From Podarcis erhardii (taxonomy: Eukaryota), in NCBI GenBank assembly GCA_964252035.1, contig OZ176211.1: a DNA stretch of 64,000 nt; one strand, written 5' to 3'. This document shows positions 1 through 12,557 of this stretch, one piece after another. Both the position numbers and the translations under genes were made by a program. The notes under the pieces are model-generated. The model was given only the letters and a program-made list of their open reading frames with translations. It was not told where the DNA came from and did not search any database. How positions within the stretch are numbered: position 1 is the stretch's first letter; every line of letters begins with the position of its first letter.

Positions 1-228
1 TGTATAATGAAACCTAAGAGTACCTCATCATTTCCTCCCAAAGTTCCTCCCAGTTCTTTCACTTTATTGATCAGTTCCTCCCTGTTGGTGAAGAACTGGG
101 TCCAAGAGAAATGATACCCTTGTTGCTTCTTCAAGCTTCTGGGAAATGAAATTGTCAGTGAGGCAATGGAGTAATTTGTTGGACCTTACATTCTTGATAG
201 CATTTGAGTTCCAACAGATATCAGAGTA

Positions 229-458
229 CAGTGGTACCTCTGGTTACGTACTTAATTCGTTCTGGAGGTCCGTTCTTAACCTGAAACAATTCTTAACCTG
301 AAGCACCACTTTAGCTAATGGGACCTCCCGCTGCCGCCACACGATTTCTGTTCTCATCCTGAAGCAAAGTTCTTAACCCGAGGTAATATTTCTGGGTTAA
401 CGGAGTCTGTAACCTGAAGCGTATGTAACCTGAAGCGTATGTAACCCGAGTACCACTG
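229..458. mobile_element. Tc1/mariner (pogo/Tigger-like) MITE, copy 1
   Basis: TIR CAGTGGTACCTC.../...GAGTACCACTG flanked by TA on both sides (227-228, 459-460); internal TAACCTGAAG repeats; homologous copies at 54623 and 56770. Confidence 0.85.
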
Positions 459-489
459 TACTTGAAGTCTCCCATATTGACTATATCTC

Positions 490-670
490 TCCTTTTTAAA
501 TGTTTGGTAACCTGCTATAGGAAGGTAATAATGGAATAACGAATGGTTTAGTTTATGTAAAATATGCAGGGATTTATGTTATGCAAAACGAACCACAGGA
601 AGAGAAGGGAAATTATTGATGTTTTAAGGTTGTTTTAAGGATGTTTAAATGAATATTAAATGAATATTCT

Positions 671-672
<2 letters not shown>
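490..672 (+). mobile_element. Possible L1-type LINE 3' UTR remnant
   Basis: AT-rich segment (ATGCAAAACGAACCACAGGAAGAGAAGGGAA...TAAATGAATATT) resembling lizard L1 3' ends from memory; no ORF support. Confidence 0.3.

Positions 673-674
<2 letters not shown>

Positions 675-706
<32 letters not shown>
675..706. repeat. (TG)16 microsatellite
   Basis: Direct reading. Confidence 0.98.
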
Positions 707-709
<3 letters not shown>

Positions 710-2632
710 CACACAAAAACAAAATTGCTTAATGGTCACTAGGTCTTGCCCTGTTGAATTGGGGTTCACCCGTGACAGCTATAAATAACACAGCAAAATA
801 CTGCTAAAACCTGTTATGGCAAGAGCCTCCTTTGTGCAATTCTCTTCTGTGTAGGCCCTTCTACCTGCTGTGGAGTAGCAGTCCCGTAATGCTTACCTGA
901 TGGGTCAGACTACCACAGAGGATGAAGTATAGGCATTGTAAGTATTGCTGGTAGCTGAAAAGGATTTGAGGCTGCTTTGGGGAGTGTGGCGGAAGCAATG
1001 GCATTCTTTAGCTGCTCCAGCCCCCACCAGCACCAGAACCTGCCCCCCCCCAAGGCTGCAGCACCTGAGAGAAAGCAGTGCACACTCCTTGGTCACACAG
1101 AATGGACTGCAAAGGACATGTGGCCGAAGAATGGAGTCAGGAAACTGACTTTTATCTACAGAACCACATTCTTCGAGGTAGCATTGATTTCACAGCTGGT
1201 TTTCCAATCCAGAGCTGCTTACTTTAGGGGGATGAAACGGTATGTACTTGGATTGTTCAAGTCTGAATGAAAATATAGTAGGTGAATGGGAGTAGAATGA
1301 CCTCTTCTGCCTGCAAAACCAGTTCGGGTTAGACTGCATTTCTATGTTTAACATCCTGCATTCCTCTAGTAGCGGCCTGGATCTGGTAAAATACAATTTT
1401 ACAGGGGGTAGAAGAAACCTGCTGAAAAATACAGCTTTATTGGTTATATTTGTTAGTGCCTTTCATCACAAAAGTGGCCTAAAGCTTTACCTTACATTAA
1501 AGCTAATGAAAACAAACACAACCAATAAAAGACTAAAAACACATTAATATAGATAAAAGGTGGGTCTTACATATCCCACCCCACAAAAATAGCCCAAAGT
1601 ATCCCTGTAAATGCTCAGTTAAAATAATTACTAATGCACTATTTAAAATATATAAATTGTATTAAATTGCCACAAAGACCAGAAGCAGAGGAAGAAAATT
1701 GGAAGACCCAGAAGAGACTTATTCAAGGCTGGAAGTTTCACTTCCCAAGAAGTGATCTTGTTGTGTTCTAAAAACCCAGCTGATGATATTTCAGATGCAA
1801 AATTGTTCTGTTCAAAGGCTGTTCAATCAGCACCTTCGCAATAGGACTGGAATATGCCTTTTGGCTTACTATTATACATAAATATATTTCTACTTTGGAG
1901 AGGTTAGTTATACATCTAGAGCAGCCTTCCACAACCTGGTGCTTTCTCCAGATGTTGTCAGACTCCATGCTCATCGACCACTGCCAGAATACAATGACCA
2001 GTGGTCAGGGTTGCAGTCCAACAACTAAAGGGCTGATCTGGGAAACATCATGCATTTAAAAATGCACCGCACCTTCTTTGCAAAACAACAAATTTTAATG
2101 AACACCTCTCCACCCACCCCCAGCAAAAAAGAAAAAAGAAAAAGGCCACATCTGTTTCAATATTGTATTTAGCTGTTGATCTGTTCCACATCAAATAAAG
2201 CCTCACTTTCCGGGTCCATTTTAGTAATAACCTAGCCTATTGTTTGTTGTTCATCTGCAGGCAGCCTCCTGGCACAACCAGAATCAGCCAGAGTTGGGGA
2301 AACATTTGCAATATTTCAACTGACTGGTTTACTAAATCATGAGTTACACATTTAATGCACAAGGTCACCCACTTGCAAAATCTATTTACTGTGAGAACAA
2401 AAATATTTATTGCCAAAGATGCCCCTAGTAACAAGATCTGCCATAAAGCTTTTGGATGAAAATGAAGATGGGTTGCAGTAACATGCTCACTGTTTCTCCA
2501 AACACCTGACTATATTCCCCTCCTTCCCACAGTCTCATCTTAATAAAGACTTAATAAAGAGGCTATTTTGCTGAAGTCAAAAGGATTTACTTCAAATCAG
2601 CAGGCAATGAAAAATTCAGTGTAAACGTCTTG

Positions 2633-2638
<6 letters not shown>

Positions 2639-2678
<40 letters not shown>
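2639..2678. repeat. (AC)20 microsatellite
   Basis: Direct reading. Confidence 0.98.
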
Positions 2679-2682
<4 letters not shown>

Positions 2683-3329
2683 CTTCTTCTTCTGCAATAT
2701 TGCTTTCGCTATACATTTGTTTGCAAAGCCACCTCCAGCCTCATTTGTTTTTTGACAGTTAGACCACAGAAGGAAGGCCCTATTTCATTCCACTGATTCC
2801 AGAGAGCTTTGAATTAAGCTTTAAATCAGGGAAAGATTCATCTGTAACCAGTGGACAGCAGGAATGCAGGAGCTGACATTGTGGAATCAGCACCCAGATA
2901 CCACTACCATACTAGCTTTAGTAACCAATAGTGGAAGATGGTTGTAGCCTTTAGGACAATTCCCTTCCTTCCACTTCAAGCATTTGAAGAATTCCCCCTC
3001 CTCCCTGCTCTCAAGCTGGTGTGGCAAGAGCTCCCCCTCCTGTTTCAAATTAACTTCAATCACTGTTTATTGGTGTAACCCTCAGCTATATGATTGTTGC
3101 CCTGTAACTGAAAAGCCACCACGTGTGGATTTTGTTGCGCATTCAAATGAGAAGCAGCCCTAACTTCCCTTCCAAATCAGAACACACTGCAAACACAAAA
3201 GTTTTCTAAATGAAACCAATTATTTTCTGTAAATATTTATACACAGAGATAAGGAAAGACAGCTATGGAAGAGAGATACTAAGGGGAAAGGCTATTGTTC
3301 GTTCCATTTCCACATAATGCCAAGCCACA

Positions 3330-3472
3330 GGGAAGTTTATTGGTTTGTGGGGGTTTTTTTCTTGCTTTTTTCATGAACTTTGTGTTTTTATATTGTATTT
3401 TATGTTGTGAACTGCCCCGAGAGCTACAGTTGAATATTGGTATACAACTTTATCAGTAAATAAATAAATAAA
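3330..3472 (+). mobile_element. L2-type LINE 3' tail remnant
   Basis: ...TATTGTATTTTATGTTGTGAACTGCCCCGAGAGCT...ATACAACTTT...(TAAA)n tail, similar to the tails at 22380-22630 and 58035-58368. Confidence 0.5.
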
Positions 3473-4149
3473 TATACCCCAAGCTTCTATCCTCTCTCTC
3501 CCACCTTGAGCATTCCACTTAAATTAGTTACTTCCTGGCTCGATGACTAGCAAGTTATGGTTTGTGCTGGCTGGCCTCCAAAACAATTTTTCAATCCAAG
3601 GTTTGAATCAATTTGCAATCCTAGTTTAGAGGGAAAGCACAATCATACCTTGCCATTTCGGATGTACCAGTTTAGAATCTATGCTCACATTCACATCAGA
3701 AGATTCCCTCCAATGCGTTCAGTGGAGTCCACGTGAACATTGTTGGTCAGACTCGGCGTAGACGGACTTTGGGCTCTCAAATTTCAGGGGTGTCCTGTGT
3801 GATGCTAAAATTTGGTGTGCCCCCACCTCTCTCATGCTGTTCAACAGCATTGTTGTGGCACCCCCTCTCCCTAAACCAGGAGAGGCATGAAGGGCGTGGA
3901 GTCTGACTTCGGCCTGACAATCCTGTGCAAATCCTGTTTTTGCTATTAAAGAGTTGACTCCATCTTGCTCAGTGTGATTTACTGCTGGCTCGCTCCTGTC
4001 AGCAACACATGGAAAACTGAACATGCCTTTCCAGTTATAAATGTATTTAAGGACTTGAAGCTTGCTTTGCAACCATATTTCTCAAAGCAGGTAGCAATTC
4101 ATTTTAAAAAAAGATCACTAATACTCCAATCCAGCTCTGGAAGTATGTA

Positions 4150-4150
<1 letters not shown>

Positions 4151-4182
<32 letters not shown>

Positions 4183-4183
4183 C
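4151..4183. repeat. (AAC)11 microsatellite
   Basis: Direct reading. Confidence 0.97.
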
Positions 4184-5299
4184 TCTGTACAGTATTTACA
4201 CATGACTGTATTTATGCATGAGAATGTGACTGAGGAAGAACTTTTGAATGTGTACTCCACTGAAAGTAATGCAGCACTGATATACGACATCCCTACTTGG
4301 ATATGCCTTCAGTTTTACAACCACGGCATGTGGGGACCCTGCTTCCGTGTGCAGATCTCCTTGCCTGGGAAAGCGCACAAAAGTTCAACATTAAAGAGAA
4401 TGTACAAGAACAGCGCAACACAGGAGACAAAAATCCAGACGAGTTCAGCTCCCAATCACTCACAGGCTTGCATTTGATGAAGGAGCCTCTTGGCTTAGAA
4501 AGCTTCAAGTTGTAAACAGATTAATTAGTCTTTAAGGCGCCGCAAATCTCTGTATCCTTCAGCGTTTGCATGTATTTATTCCCATACTCATATCTACATT
4601 ATACATCCAAACATATAGTTTTCTTACCACAGTATGGTAATGACTCTGTGGATCAGCACTACAAATATCAATCATGTACGAAGTGTGCATTTTTTTTTAA
4701 CCAACCAGAGAGGATGTATACTATTATCCCTTGACCCCCATCTTAATGTTCTCTTGCCACATTTCTAAAATATTTATGCCATGCACTGTATTAAATTATA
4801 GCAATTAAGACCACAGTGAGGTTTTATTAATATTTCATCAGAAATATAAGCTAATTGGAATTCCCCTTCTGCTGTTTTTTGTTGATTTGCAGTACACACA
4901 CTTTTACTGAGTGAGGTAGTAACATGAACTATTCAGTGGTTCAGTTTCCGATTCAACTGTATTTTTCTGCATAGATTGTCTGCAAACAGTGTGAAGGAAG
5001 TCTAGAGATGATGAAAATTTAAAGCAGAGAAGTCAAGGTAGGTAGTAGTGCTTCTCAGACTCCTTTTAAGGCTCTGAGAGACCCAGGAGCCAAATATTCA
5101 TTAGAAGCCCCTTCCTCCTCAATGCACCAGGTGCCTGCAGAAGAAAAATCCCTAAGGTAGCCAGCTAAATAGATCTGCTAGCACAAGGGCTTTTGGCTGT
5201 GCAAAACAACAACAACAACAAAACACATGTTCCCCTTCCTCTCTTTTCCTTAAACACTCCTGTGTCCCCCTGGCTCCTAAAGGTGTGAAACGAAGGTTC

Positions 5300-5500
5300 C
5301 AGGCAAGTAAGAAGGGCCTCAGATTATGATCGCTGAGGAGAGGCGGTCCTTGAGGTATTGCAATCCTGAGCCATTTAAGGCTCTATAGGTCAAAACCAGC
5401 ACTTTGATTTAGGTGAGGAAACTAATTGGCAGCCAGTGCAGTCGGGACAGGATCACACTCCATAAGATCTTGCAAGCTCTTGCCATAAATTGACATCAAT
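5300..5500 (-). mobile_element. L2 LINE 3' ORF remnant
   Basis: GAGAGGCGGTCCTTGAGGTA...TATAGGTCAAAACCAGCACTTTGA...AATTGGCAGCCAGTGCAG is the antisense of the L2 C-terminal LHWLP..RI.FKVLV region. Confidence 0.6.
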
Positions 5501-5803
5501 GGGTGGCACAGCAGCACTGCTGGCGGCGGAGATGGCGGAGGCAGGCAGAGCCAGGAAGCAGTTCCCATTTCGCCTCCAGTGGTGAAGCAGGATGCACTGC
5601 CCCTGCTGGTGCTAAACATCTTACAACTCATGTACATATTGCACAGTGCTGCAACACACCCGTGCATTTCCCTTGCCTCTGTGTGTGCAATGCTTTGTTG
5701 TCCAGAGTCACACCCTGTGACATTTATCAGCCTACACAGAGCGGCAGAAATTCTCCAGAACTAGAAAATTTGACAGCACAATGCAGAAGAAATGGGTATT
5801 GTG

Positions 5804-5832
5804 CACCCACCCACCCACCCACCCACCCACCC
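5804..5832. repeat. (CCCA)n tetranucleotide repeat
   Basis: Direct reading. Confidence 0.95.
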
Positions 5833-7278
5833 AAGGCTTAACAAAAAGTCTTTGAGAAAAATAAAGCTATCTCACTTATTCTGTCCATCTGTTGGTTCTC
5901 CTCCTTCTCTTCCTCTCCTGCTTACCTGCTGGCTGAATGAGTGGCTGAGCAAGGACAGGCACTGCAAGCTTCTATTGCTGGCTTTCCCAGTACTGTGGTA
6001 TGACAAGTACCTGATCATGTCACACAGCTTCTGCCTTTGCTGCACTACCACCCTGAGTAAACAGCACCCTACCTCTTTGTCTCCTCCCTCTGAACACAAA
6101 TCTGGATTGGGGCAACATGTTAAGGGAAACTATAGCATAGCGGGTAGCAACAGCAGGACCAGAGGAGGAGTACATGTTAAGTGTAACTGTTTAATGTACA
6201 TCGAAATGGAAAATAACTCTATAATGTGTCTGTATGTGTACTGTGATGTATTGCCTGGAAATTTCCATTGAAGCTATGGAAGAGTTGAGAAGAGAGCCTC
6301 ACATTTAATCATTAAGTGGGGCTGTATCTTTGTGGCGTTTACCTTCAATCATATGAAAAGGATACCATCACAAGTCTATGTGTAGTTTAATCTGTAGGCA
6401 TCCATCTTGGGTGGAATGAGTCTTTGGTCTTAAACTACTGGAGAGAATGGACATGCTAATCTCTCTCCAGGAAAACAGCCTCAAGCTAATGGAGGCTGGT
6501 TTGGAGGAGCGGCAGAGCTTTGATTTTTAGCCCTTGATGGAAGATATTCATAATCTAAGATATTTTATTGTCCTTATTCCATTGTTATATTTTATGGTTG
6601 TGTATTTCCCTCTTCCCCGCTAGGCTGAGCATGCATTAATCCACACTAAATGCGGATACCGTTCCACTGGTGCAGTGGTGGCATCTCCTTTCCACAACAT
6701 AAGGTCCTGATGCTGATGGACTCCAAATCCCATCAGTCCCGGCCAGCATGTGCAACGGGCAGGGATGAAGGGAGTTGAAGTCCAGAAGAGTAACTAGTTC
6801 CCTACCCTTGCTATACACAAAGGAGTATCTCATTGAGTTCAATGTGCTGTGCGCACATGCATAGGATTACATGGTTACTTTATACATACAATACAACTAG
6901 GCTTTGATGAGATATTTTTTTAAAAAAAATATGAAATAAAAATAGATTCACACTTGCAACAGAGGCTTTTGCATTCTTGGATAGGGCCGCTCCGAAACTG
7001 GCAACAGAAATTGCACATAGCCTTCTGCTACTTCCCATGCTCACAGCATTCTGTTCCTTTTTCACGCTGTATTTCTGAATTTTAAAAAAAAGAAACCTTG
7101 GGAAGCTGCCAGAAAATGATCAGACACAGATCTCTGTTAACTTCAAAGAGGTCAGACACAAGTGCGAGAACCATGAACTCCGGAGAAAACGTTAAAGAGA
7201 GCTGTGAGACACACATCCTGTACCCACACTGGGCCCTTCTGAGATTATAAAGGCACAGGGCCTCTGCCATTTTCTGCC

Positions 7279-7303
7279 CACTTCCTACATGAAACCGGAA
7301 GTG
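7279..7303. promoter_or_regulatory. Inverted pair of ETS sites (candidate promoter or enhancer)
   Basis: CACTTCC (7279-7285) and ACCGGAAGTG (7294-7303); TATAAA at 7246-7251. Confidence 0.3.
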
Positions 7304-8345
7304 CAGTATTAGAAAATGTCATCGACCTTATCTAAGTATGTGCATTATAAATGAGATATAAATTTAATGCCTATATTAAATAACTATTACTCCCCCTTGT
7401 CGTAAGTCCACACATTGAGGATATACCAGAGTCCTTTTTACAGAGTTTTACATTGTGGAGGCTGAGCTCTATTATCCCATGCTGTAACATTGCTAGAGAA
7501 GAATGTATTTCAGATATGCTTTTCATCCAGCTAAAATATTTTTCTTCTATGATTTTTAAACACAGTTTTGACTAATGCTAGTGTTAAAGCCAACGGAAGG
7601 CAAAATTCTGATGAAGCATTGCAAATACTCAGCGACTCTCTAAATGTTTATAATGCAGTTTGAACTCCAGTTGTTCAAAGTGAAGTCTCGTCTTTGGTAT
7701 GGAACATAAAGTACTTTAGATAGAAGAGGAGAGCAGCATCAAAGGAAGAACAACCATTTGATGGCACAAATTATATGTACTGATTTCACATTTTTTGAAG
7801 GCTTTATCTTTAGAATTTTAAAAAAACTGGATAGTACCACTATACTGGTAAGCTATGTCTTTAGGAAAAATGTAATCTCTGAGAGGTCTATTAGTGGGAT
7901 ACTATCAACAAGCATGGAAAAGCAGTTCATAGAAGCAGATATTATGCAACTCATTTGGACTGCAGGCTCTATTCCCCAAAGACGTATTGGGCATGCCATA
8001 TCAAAAATGTTTCAAAATAGAGATTCTATTAAACTGCATTAATAATGAATGGCCTGTATTTGTCCCCATTCTAAGCACCATCAACAAAATGCTCTATGAC
8101 TATGAAGCCCCAGAGCAACCAGTTCAGAGGTAAATTCTAATCCTTCTCTGGGGTTGTCGTTGAGGGTTTTAAAAAATTATTAATAAAAGGATCGTTCTTA
8201 TCTTCTTTCTTTATTATTAAATTGCCATCAAGCATTAAAGACCTTCAAAAGATCTTTAAATGAGTTGAAGGCTTTATTGCAACAACAAACTTCTGGTTCC
8301 GTTTACAAAATGATTACATAATTGGGGACAAGATAGATCCCCTAC

Positions 8346-8862
8346 CATAGCTGTCAAGGATTTGAAAATAAGGGACCAGCAGCCTTGAAAATAAGGGATC
8401 AGCAGCCAAAATAAGGGATTTCCCAAGCACAGGTATGTTCAACTTCTGAGCCCCTCCAAGCCAAAGGCAGAAAGCCCAGCCAGCAGCCAAACGAAGCCTC
8501 AAGAGGTGGTTCCCACAGCGCAGCAACCCGGCAAAGGGGATGCAGCAAGGAAAACCACCATAACCGCCCCACTGGGAAGCGCTGAGCAAAGGCGAGTCCC
8601 CAGGCAACGCGGCTGATTTGATCGGCACAAGGCATGCAAGCTCCACCCCCCAGTCGTTCTTAGACTCCTTATTGGGTGAGCAACACAGCCAAGCAACACA
8701 GTTGGAGCCTCCCTCCTCTCTGGCCAGCAGGGAGGGAGGGAGAGGAGCTGCTTCCTTTGAAACCCGGGAAATTTAAGGGACATCATCAATAAGGGACAGC
8801 AGCAGGACACGGCGCTGGGATAAGGGACTTTCCCGCCAAATAAGGGACGGTTGACAGCTATG
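8346..8862. mobile_element. hAT-type non-autonomous DNA transposon
   Basis: 12-bp TIR CATAGCTGTCAA/TTGACAGCTATG; 8-bp TSD TCCCCTAC (8338-8345) / CCCCCTAC (8863-8870); subterminal AATAAGGGAC repeats. Confidence 0.85.
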
Positions 8863-9190
8863 CCCCCTACAAAACCTCACAGTACAAGTTCCATGGAGCT
8901 GAACAGCAGTCCCCCAATGCTATTCTCCAATAAGAGTTGTGTAGGTAGTATCAGAATCACTGGAATATTTTGACTCCATCCCTCAGCCTGCAGAGTAAAC
9001 CCAGGAGAATATCATAGTCAATTTTTATCAAAAGCCACTGAGAGGTCAAGGAGAATCAACAGGAAAACATTTCCCCTGTCCCTTCTCCTGAAAAAAAAAG
9101 TAATTAACCAGAGCAAACAAGACTGCTTCATTGCTATATCCAGGCCTGATAATCAGCTTCATTCAGGTCCATCTACAGTTGGTCTGCCAC

Positions 9191-9335
9191 CAGTGGCGTA
9201 GCGTGGGTTGTCAGCACCCGGGGCAAGGCAAGTAATTTGCGCCCCCTAACCCGTGAATTTGACCCCCTAACCCTAACCCCCAGGTGTTGCGCCCGGTGCG
9301 GCCGGGCCCCCCTGCACCCCCATGCTACGCCACTG
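9191..9335. mobile_element. hAT-type MITE
   Basis: TIR CAGTGGCGTAGC/GCTACGCCACTG; perfect 8-bp TSD TCTGCCAC (9183-9190, 9336-9343). Confidence 0.9.
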
Positions 9336-9569
9336 TCTGCCACTACCCGCTCAATCAGCTCCCCCCCTCCCAGTGACATCTGCATCTAAGAGGTAATGAT
9401 CCAACCTTTGGATTTGCAGTTGGCGGCAACTGAAATTGATTCTGGGGTTGGTTGCAGCTGGGAGCTGAGAAACTAAGGATAAACAGAAGGGGGGAAATTC
9501 AGAAGTAGGTAGCATTGCTGTAGGAAAGAGGATGCTGAAGGAGTTTCTGCAGACCCCAATTATCTACAG

Positions 9570-9811
9570 CAGGGATGTCCAACTTCCAATAGACTGCGAT
9601 CTACTCACAGTATAAAAAAAACAAACTGGCAGTGATCTACCCATTGTCTTTGGATGGACCAAAGTTGTTGAGCTTTTTTAGTATGCCAAAATTGTTTAGC
9701 ATTTTTGTGGGGGGGGGAGGAGATCACTAAGGGGCCAGAGATCTACCAGTATCTACCAGGAACACCCAGTGATCTACCAGTAGATTGTGATCTACCTGTT
9801 GGACATGCCTG
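9570..9811. mobile_element. hAT (Charlie-like) MITE
   Basis: TIR CAGGGATGTCCAAC/GTTGGACATGCCTG; perfect 8-bp TSD ATCTACAG (9562-9569, 9812-9819); subterminal GATCTAC repeats. Confidence 0.9.
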
Positions 9812-10422
9812 ATCTACAGGACCAGGTGGGGGGAAATCTATGAAGAGGAAGAAACATTAGAAGTTCAAGAAGCCATCCTGGAGGAAGGGAAGGATGCTAT
9901 TATGCTATTTGAATAGTTTGCTTAGAGCATCTAAATGCCTAAGGCCATTGCCTAACATAGGTCCTTTATTTACCTGTATATGGGGAAGCATTTTCTCAAT
10001 GTGTTATGTTCTCGTCCAGGTTCTCATCTGTAGCTTGCCTCTCATGCTCATTTTGTATTTCCTATTTGGCCATTTTTTATCCTATACACATTTTCTCAAA
10101 CAAGATAAAAAATCCCTAAATTAGGCTTCCAAAGGACGTTTGTGCCCTATGTCTCTGTCAAGGGTGATCAGAATCAAATGCTTGTTTCTGGAGACAGCTT
10201 GTCAGGCAGCACAATTACAAAAGCTCCCAACTCTCCCTACTCTAGCAGATATGGTGCAAGATAGGAAGATGGCTCCTATGGTCGCAACTAGGCAGAGGAA
10301 CAGTGCCAAACGTATTGATGCGTTCTAAAAGGCACACTTAATTAGCTGGCATGGTTAATGGTCAAATTCATCAATCACTTATTAGGATTGCTATAGAGAT
10401 TTGATCATAAGCTAGCTTCCTG

Positions 10423-10480
10423 GTAGCTTCAGGATTATTTTAAACAATCTGTAGCTTCAGGATTATTTTAAACAATCTGT
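10423..10480. repeat. Perfect 28-bp tandem duplication
   Basis: GTAGCTTCAGGATTATTTTAAACAATCT at 10423-10450 and 10451-10478. Confidence 0.95.
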
Positions 10481-11742
10481 GTGCATCTCTTGGTTCAGAC
10501 GAGTATAATGGCAGTAATTTGTTTTGTTTTTGTTAGCCTGGCTAGATTGTGTTTTGCTTCCTGCAATATTTTTGGTTTGTTTTGGTGCACAATGTAAAAT
10601 GAAAAGTGAATTTGCAAGGAAATAAGTTGTAGCTATTTTTTTCACTTCCTGGTTGTAATATTTATCAATTACTTATTACCACAATTTATATATGCCACTT
10701 AACATAGTAGTGTAACCCTCCAACATTCCACAAATTAAAATCGGGACACATGTTTTTCAATGCCATACTCACGGGTGTGTTTATTAATTTCTTTGAAGAT
10801 CGTATGGAAATGTGGCGCCCTTGCCGATGGTATGGGATTTTAGATATGGCCACGAAGCCATTCAGTTCTTTGTTTCCTAAACATGGTATTTTCTGCACTG
10901 TTGTGCAGCCTTTTAAAGAACCCAAAATTAAAATTAGCCACAGCAACGCGAAGTGTTCATACCATTCAGAAGTTGAAGATCAGCTGCTGAGGAACTCGTA
11001 TTTCTAAACTTACTACTGCAGTTGTATTTTTGTGTTAAAAAAAAGACAGGATTTTGTTATAATGTATCACACACCTATTTATTTTACAGTGCACAGTGTT
11101 CGTATGTTTGTTTATTTTTTTAAAAAAACTTATTTGGTCACAGAATAAAAGCTAGGAATAAATTTCCTTCTGTGGATTGGTACTTTATTTTGTACTGGAA
11201 AAACAGTCAAGGAACAAATTGCGCAGCTTGTGTAGAATTATCTATGAATAATTTGTGCAAAACAAATATTATGTCTGCCTTTATTACACTCCTGTAAATC
11301 AGGACACTACGGATTCCATTCTACAGATAAGGAACCATCATTGAGAAAGAGTAACGTACCCAAGTCACAACCTGAGCTTAGCTAAAGGAGTGATTTGTAT
11401 TTAAATCTCCCAGATCATACTTGATCCTCTGGACTCCCCTATTTATTATTCTGTTATTTGCATGTGCATACAGAAGCAGCCAGATCTATTGCCTGATGGG
11501 CTGTTAAGGCAGTTTTGTTATTTACCCATTAGCTTTTTAACATTCTTGTCAATGGTGTGGATGTTACTGATGTTACGGAGTTTAAACAATGTCATAGGGT
11601 ATAAAAAATGTGTTCTGTGGTTTTCTTTTTGTGAAAATGGATTGAATACAAGACAGTCGGTGATGTTGCTTGGTCAAAACGTGGTATAGTCTAGAAGTTT
11701 TAAATTTAAAACTTGAGTTATTTGATTGCATATAAGGATACA

Positions 11743-12043
11743 TTCTGAAGGAAATCAGCCCTGAGTGCTCACTGGAAGGACAGATCCTGAAGCTGAGGCT
11801 CCAATACTTTGGCCACCTCATGAGAAGAGAAGACTCCCTGGAAAAGACTCTGATGTTGGGAAAGATGGAGGGCACAAGGAGAAGGGGACAACAGAGGACG
11901 AGATGGTTGGACAGTGTTCCTGAAGCTACCAACCTGAGTTTGACCAAATTGCGGGAGGCAGTGGAAGACAGGAGTGCCTGGCGTGCTCTGGTCCATGGGG
12001 TCACGAAGAGTCGAACATGACTAAATGACTAAACAACAACAAC
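11743..12043 (+). mobile_element. BovB (RTE clade) LINE, 5'-truncated 3' fragment
   Basis: Encodes ILKEISPECSLEGQILKLRLQYFGHLMRREDSLEKTLMLGKMEGTRRRGQQRTRWLD...; (CAA)n tail; 9-bp TSD AAGGATACA (11734-11742, 12044-12052). Confidence 0.95.
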
Positions 12044-12557
12044 AAGGATACACTTTCATAGTAAAATGGTAAAATACTAAATCTAAAACCACCACTTATT
12101 CATAACTTTGTCACAAGATGTAGATCTGTATTTCAAAATAGTTTACAGCAGGTATTAAAAGCTCTCAGTATATTCTACTAATATATTCAAGTTGCCCCAC
12201 TCCACCCCCACAAATTGCTCTCAGAGAAATTACTGAAGCGGCCCAAATTGTCTTCCAGTCTTTGCCAGATCAACTTCGATTCCAGCTTTTACATGAGATA
12301 TGAGTTTGCCCACAGTCCAATTGATATTATCACACCAAATGCTGCAAACATATAAATCGAAGGTGTTGAAAGTGCTGAAATGAAGCACCTTAAGGGGAGG
12401 CAGCCGTATCCAGCTCTCCTGAAAATAACATATTTTAAAAGAGTCCTTTACTTGGAATCTGGGAACCCTTTGTCCCAGATGTCAGCTCTGTATGGGGTGT
12501 TGAAGCTCATTATTTGCAGTGCACCAGAAAGCCACTTCCGACATAAGGAGGAGGTGG

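Noticed and set aside
3719-4072. 117-aa minus ORF, and plus-strand IPSNAFSG resembling an LRR
   Set aside because: Overlaps a decayed copy of the MITE family seen at 18498; no further LRR pattern.
4906-4935. let-7/miR-98-like TGAGGTAGTAA
   Set aside because: Only 11 nt match; the rest of the mature sequence differs and there is no complementary 3' arm.
4977-5039. 63-nt plus-strand segment with strong acceptor and AAG|GTAGGT donor
   Set aside because: Stop codons in all three frames; at best non-coding, with no other support.
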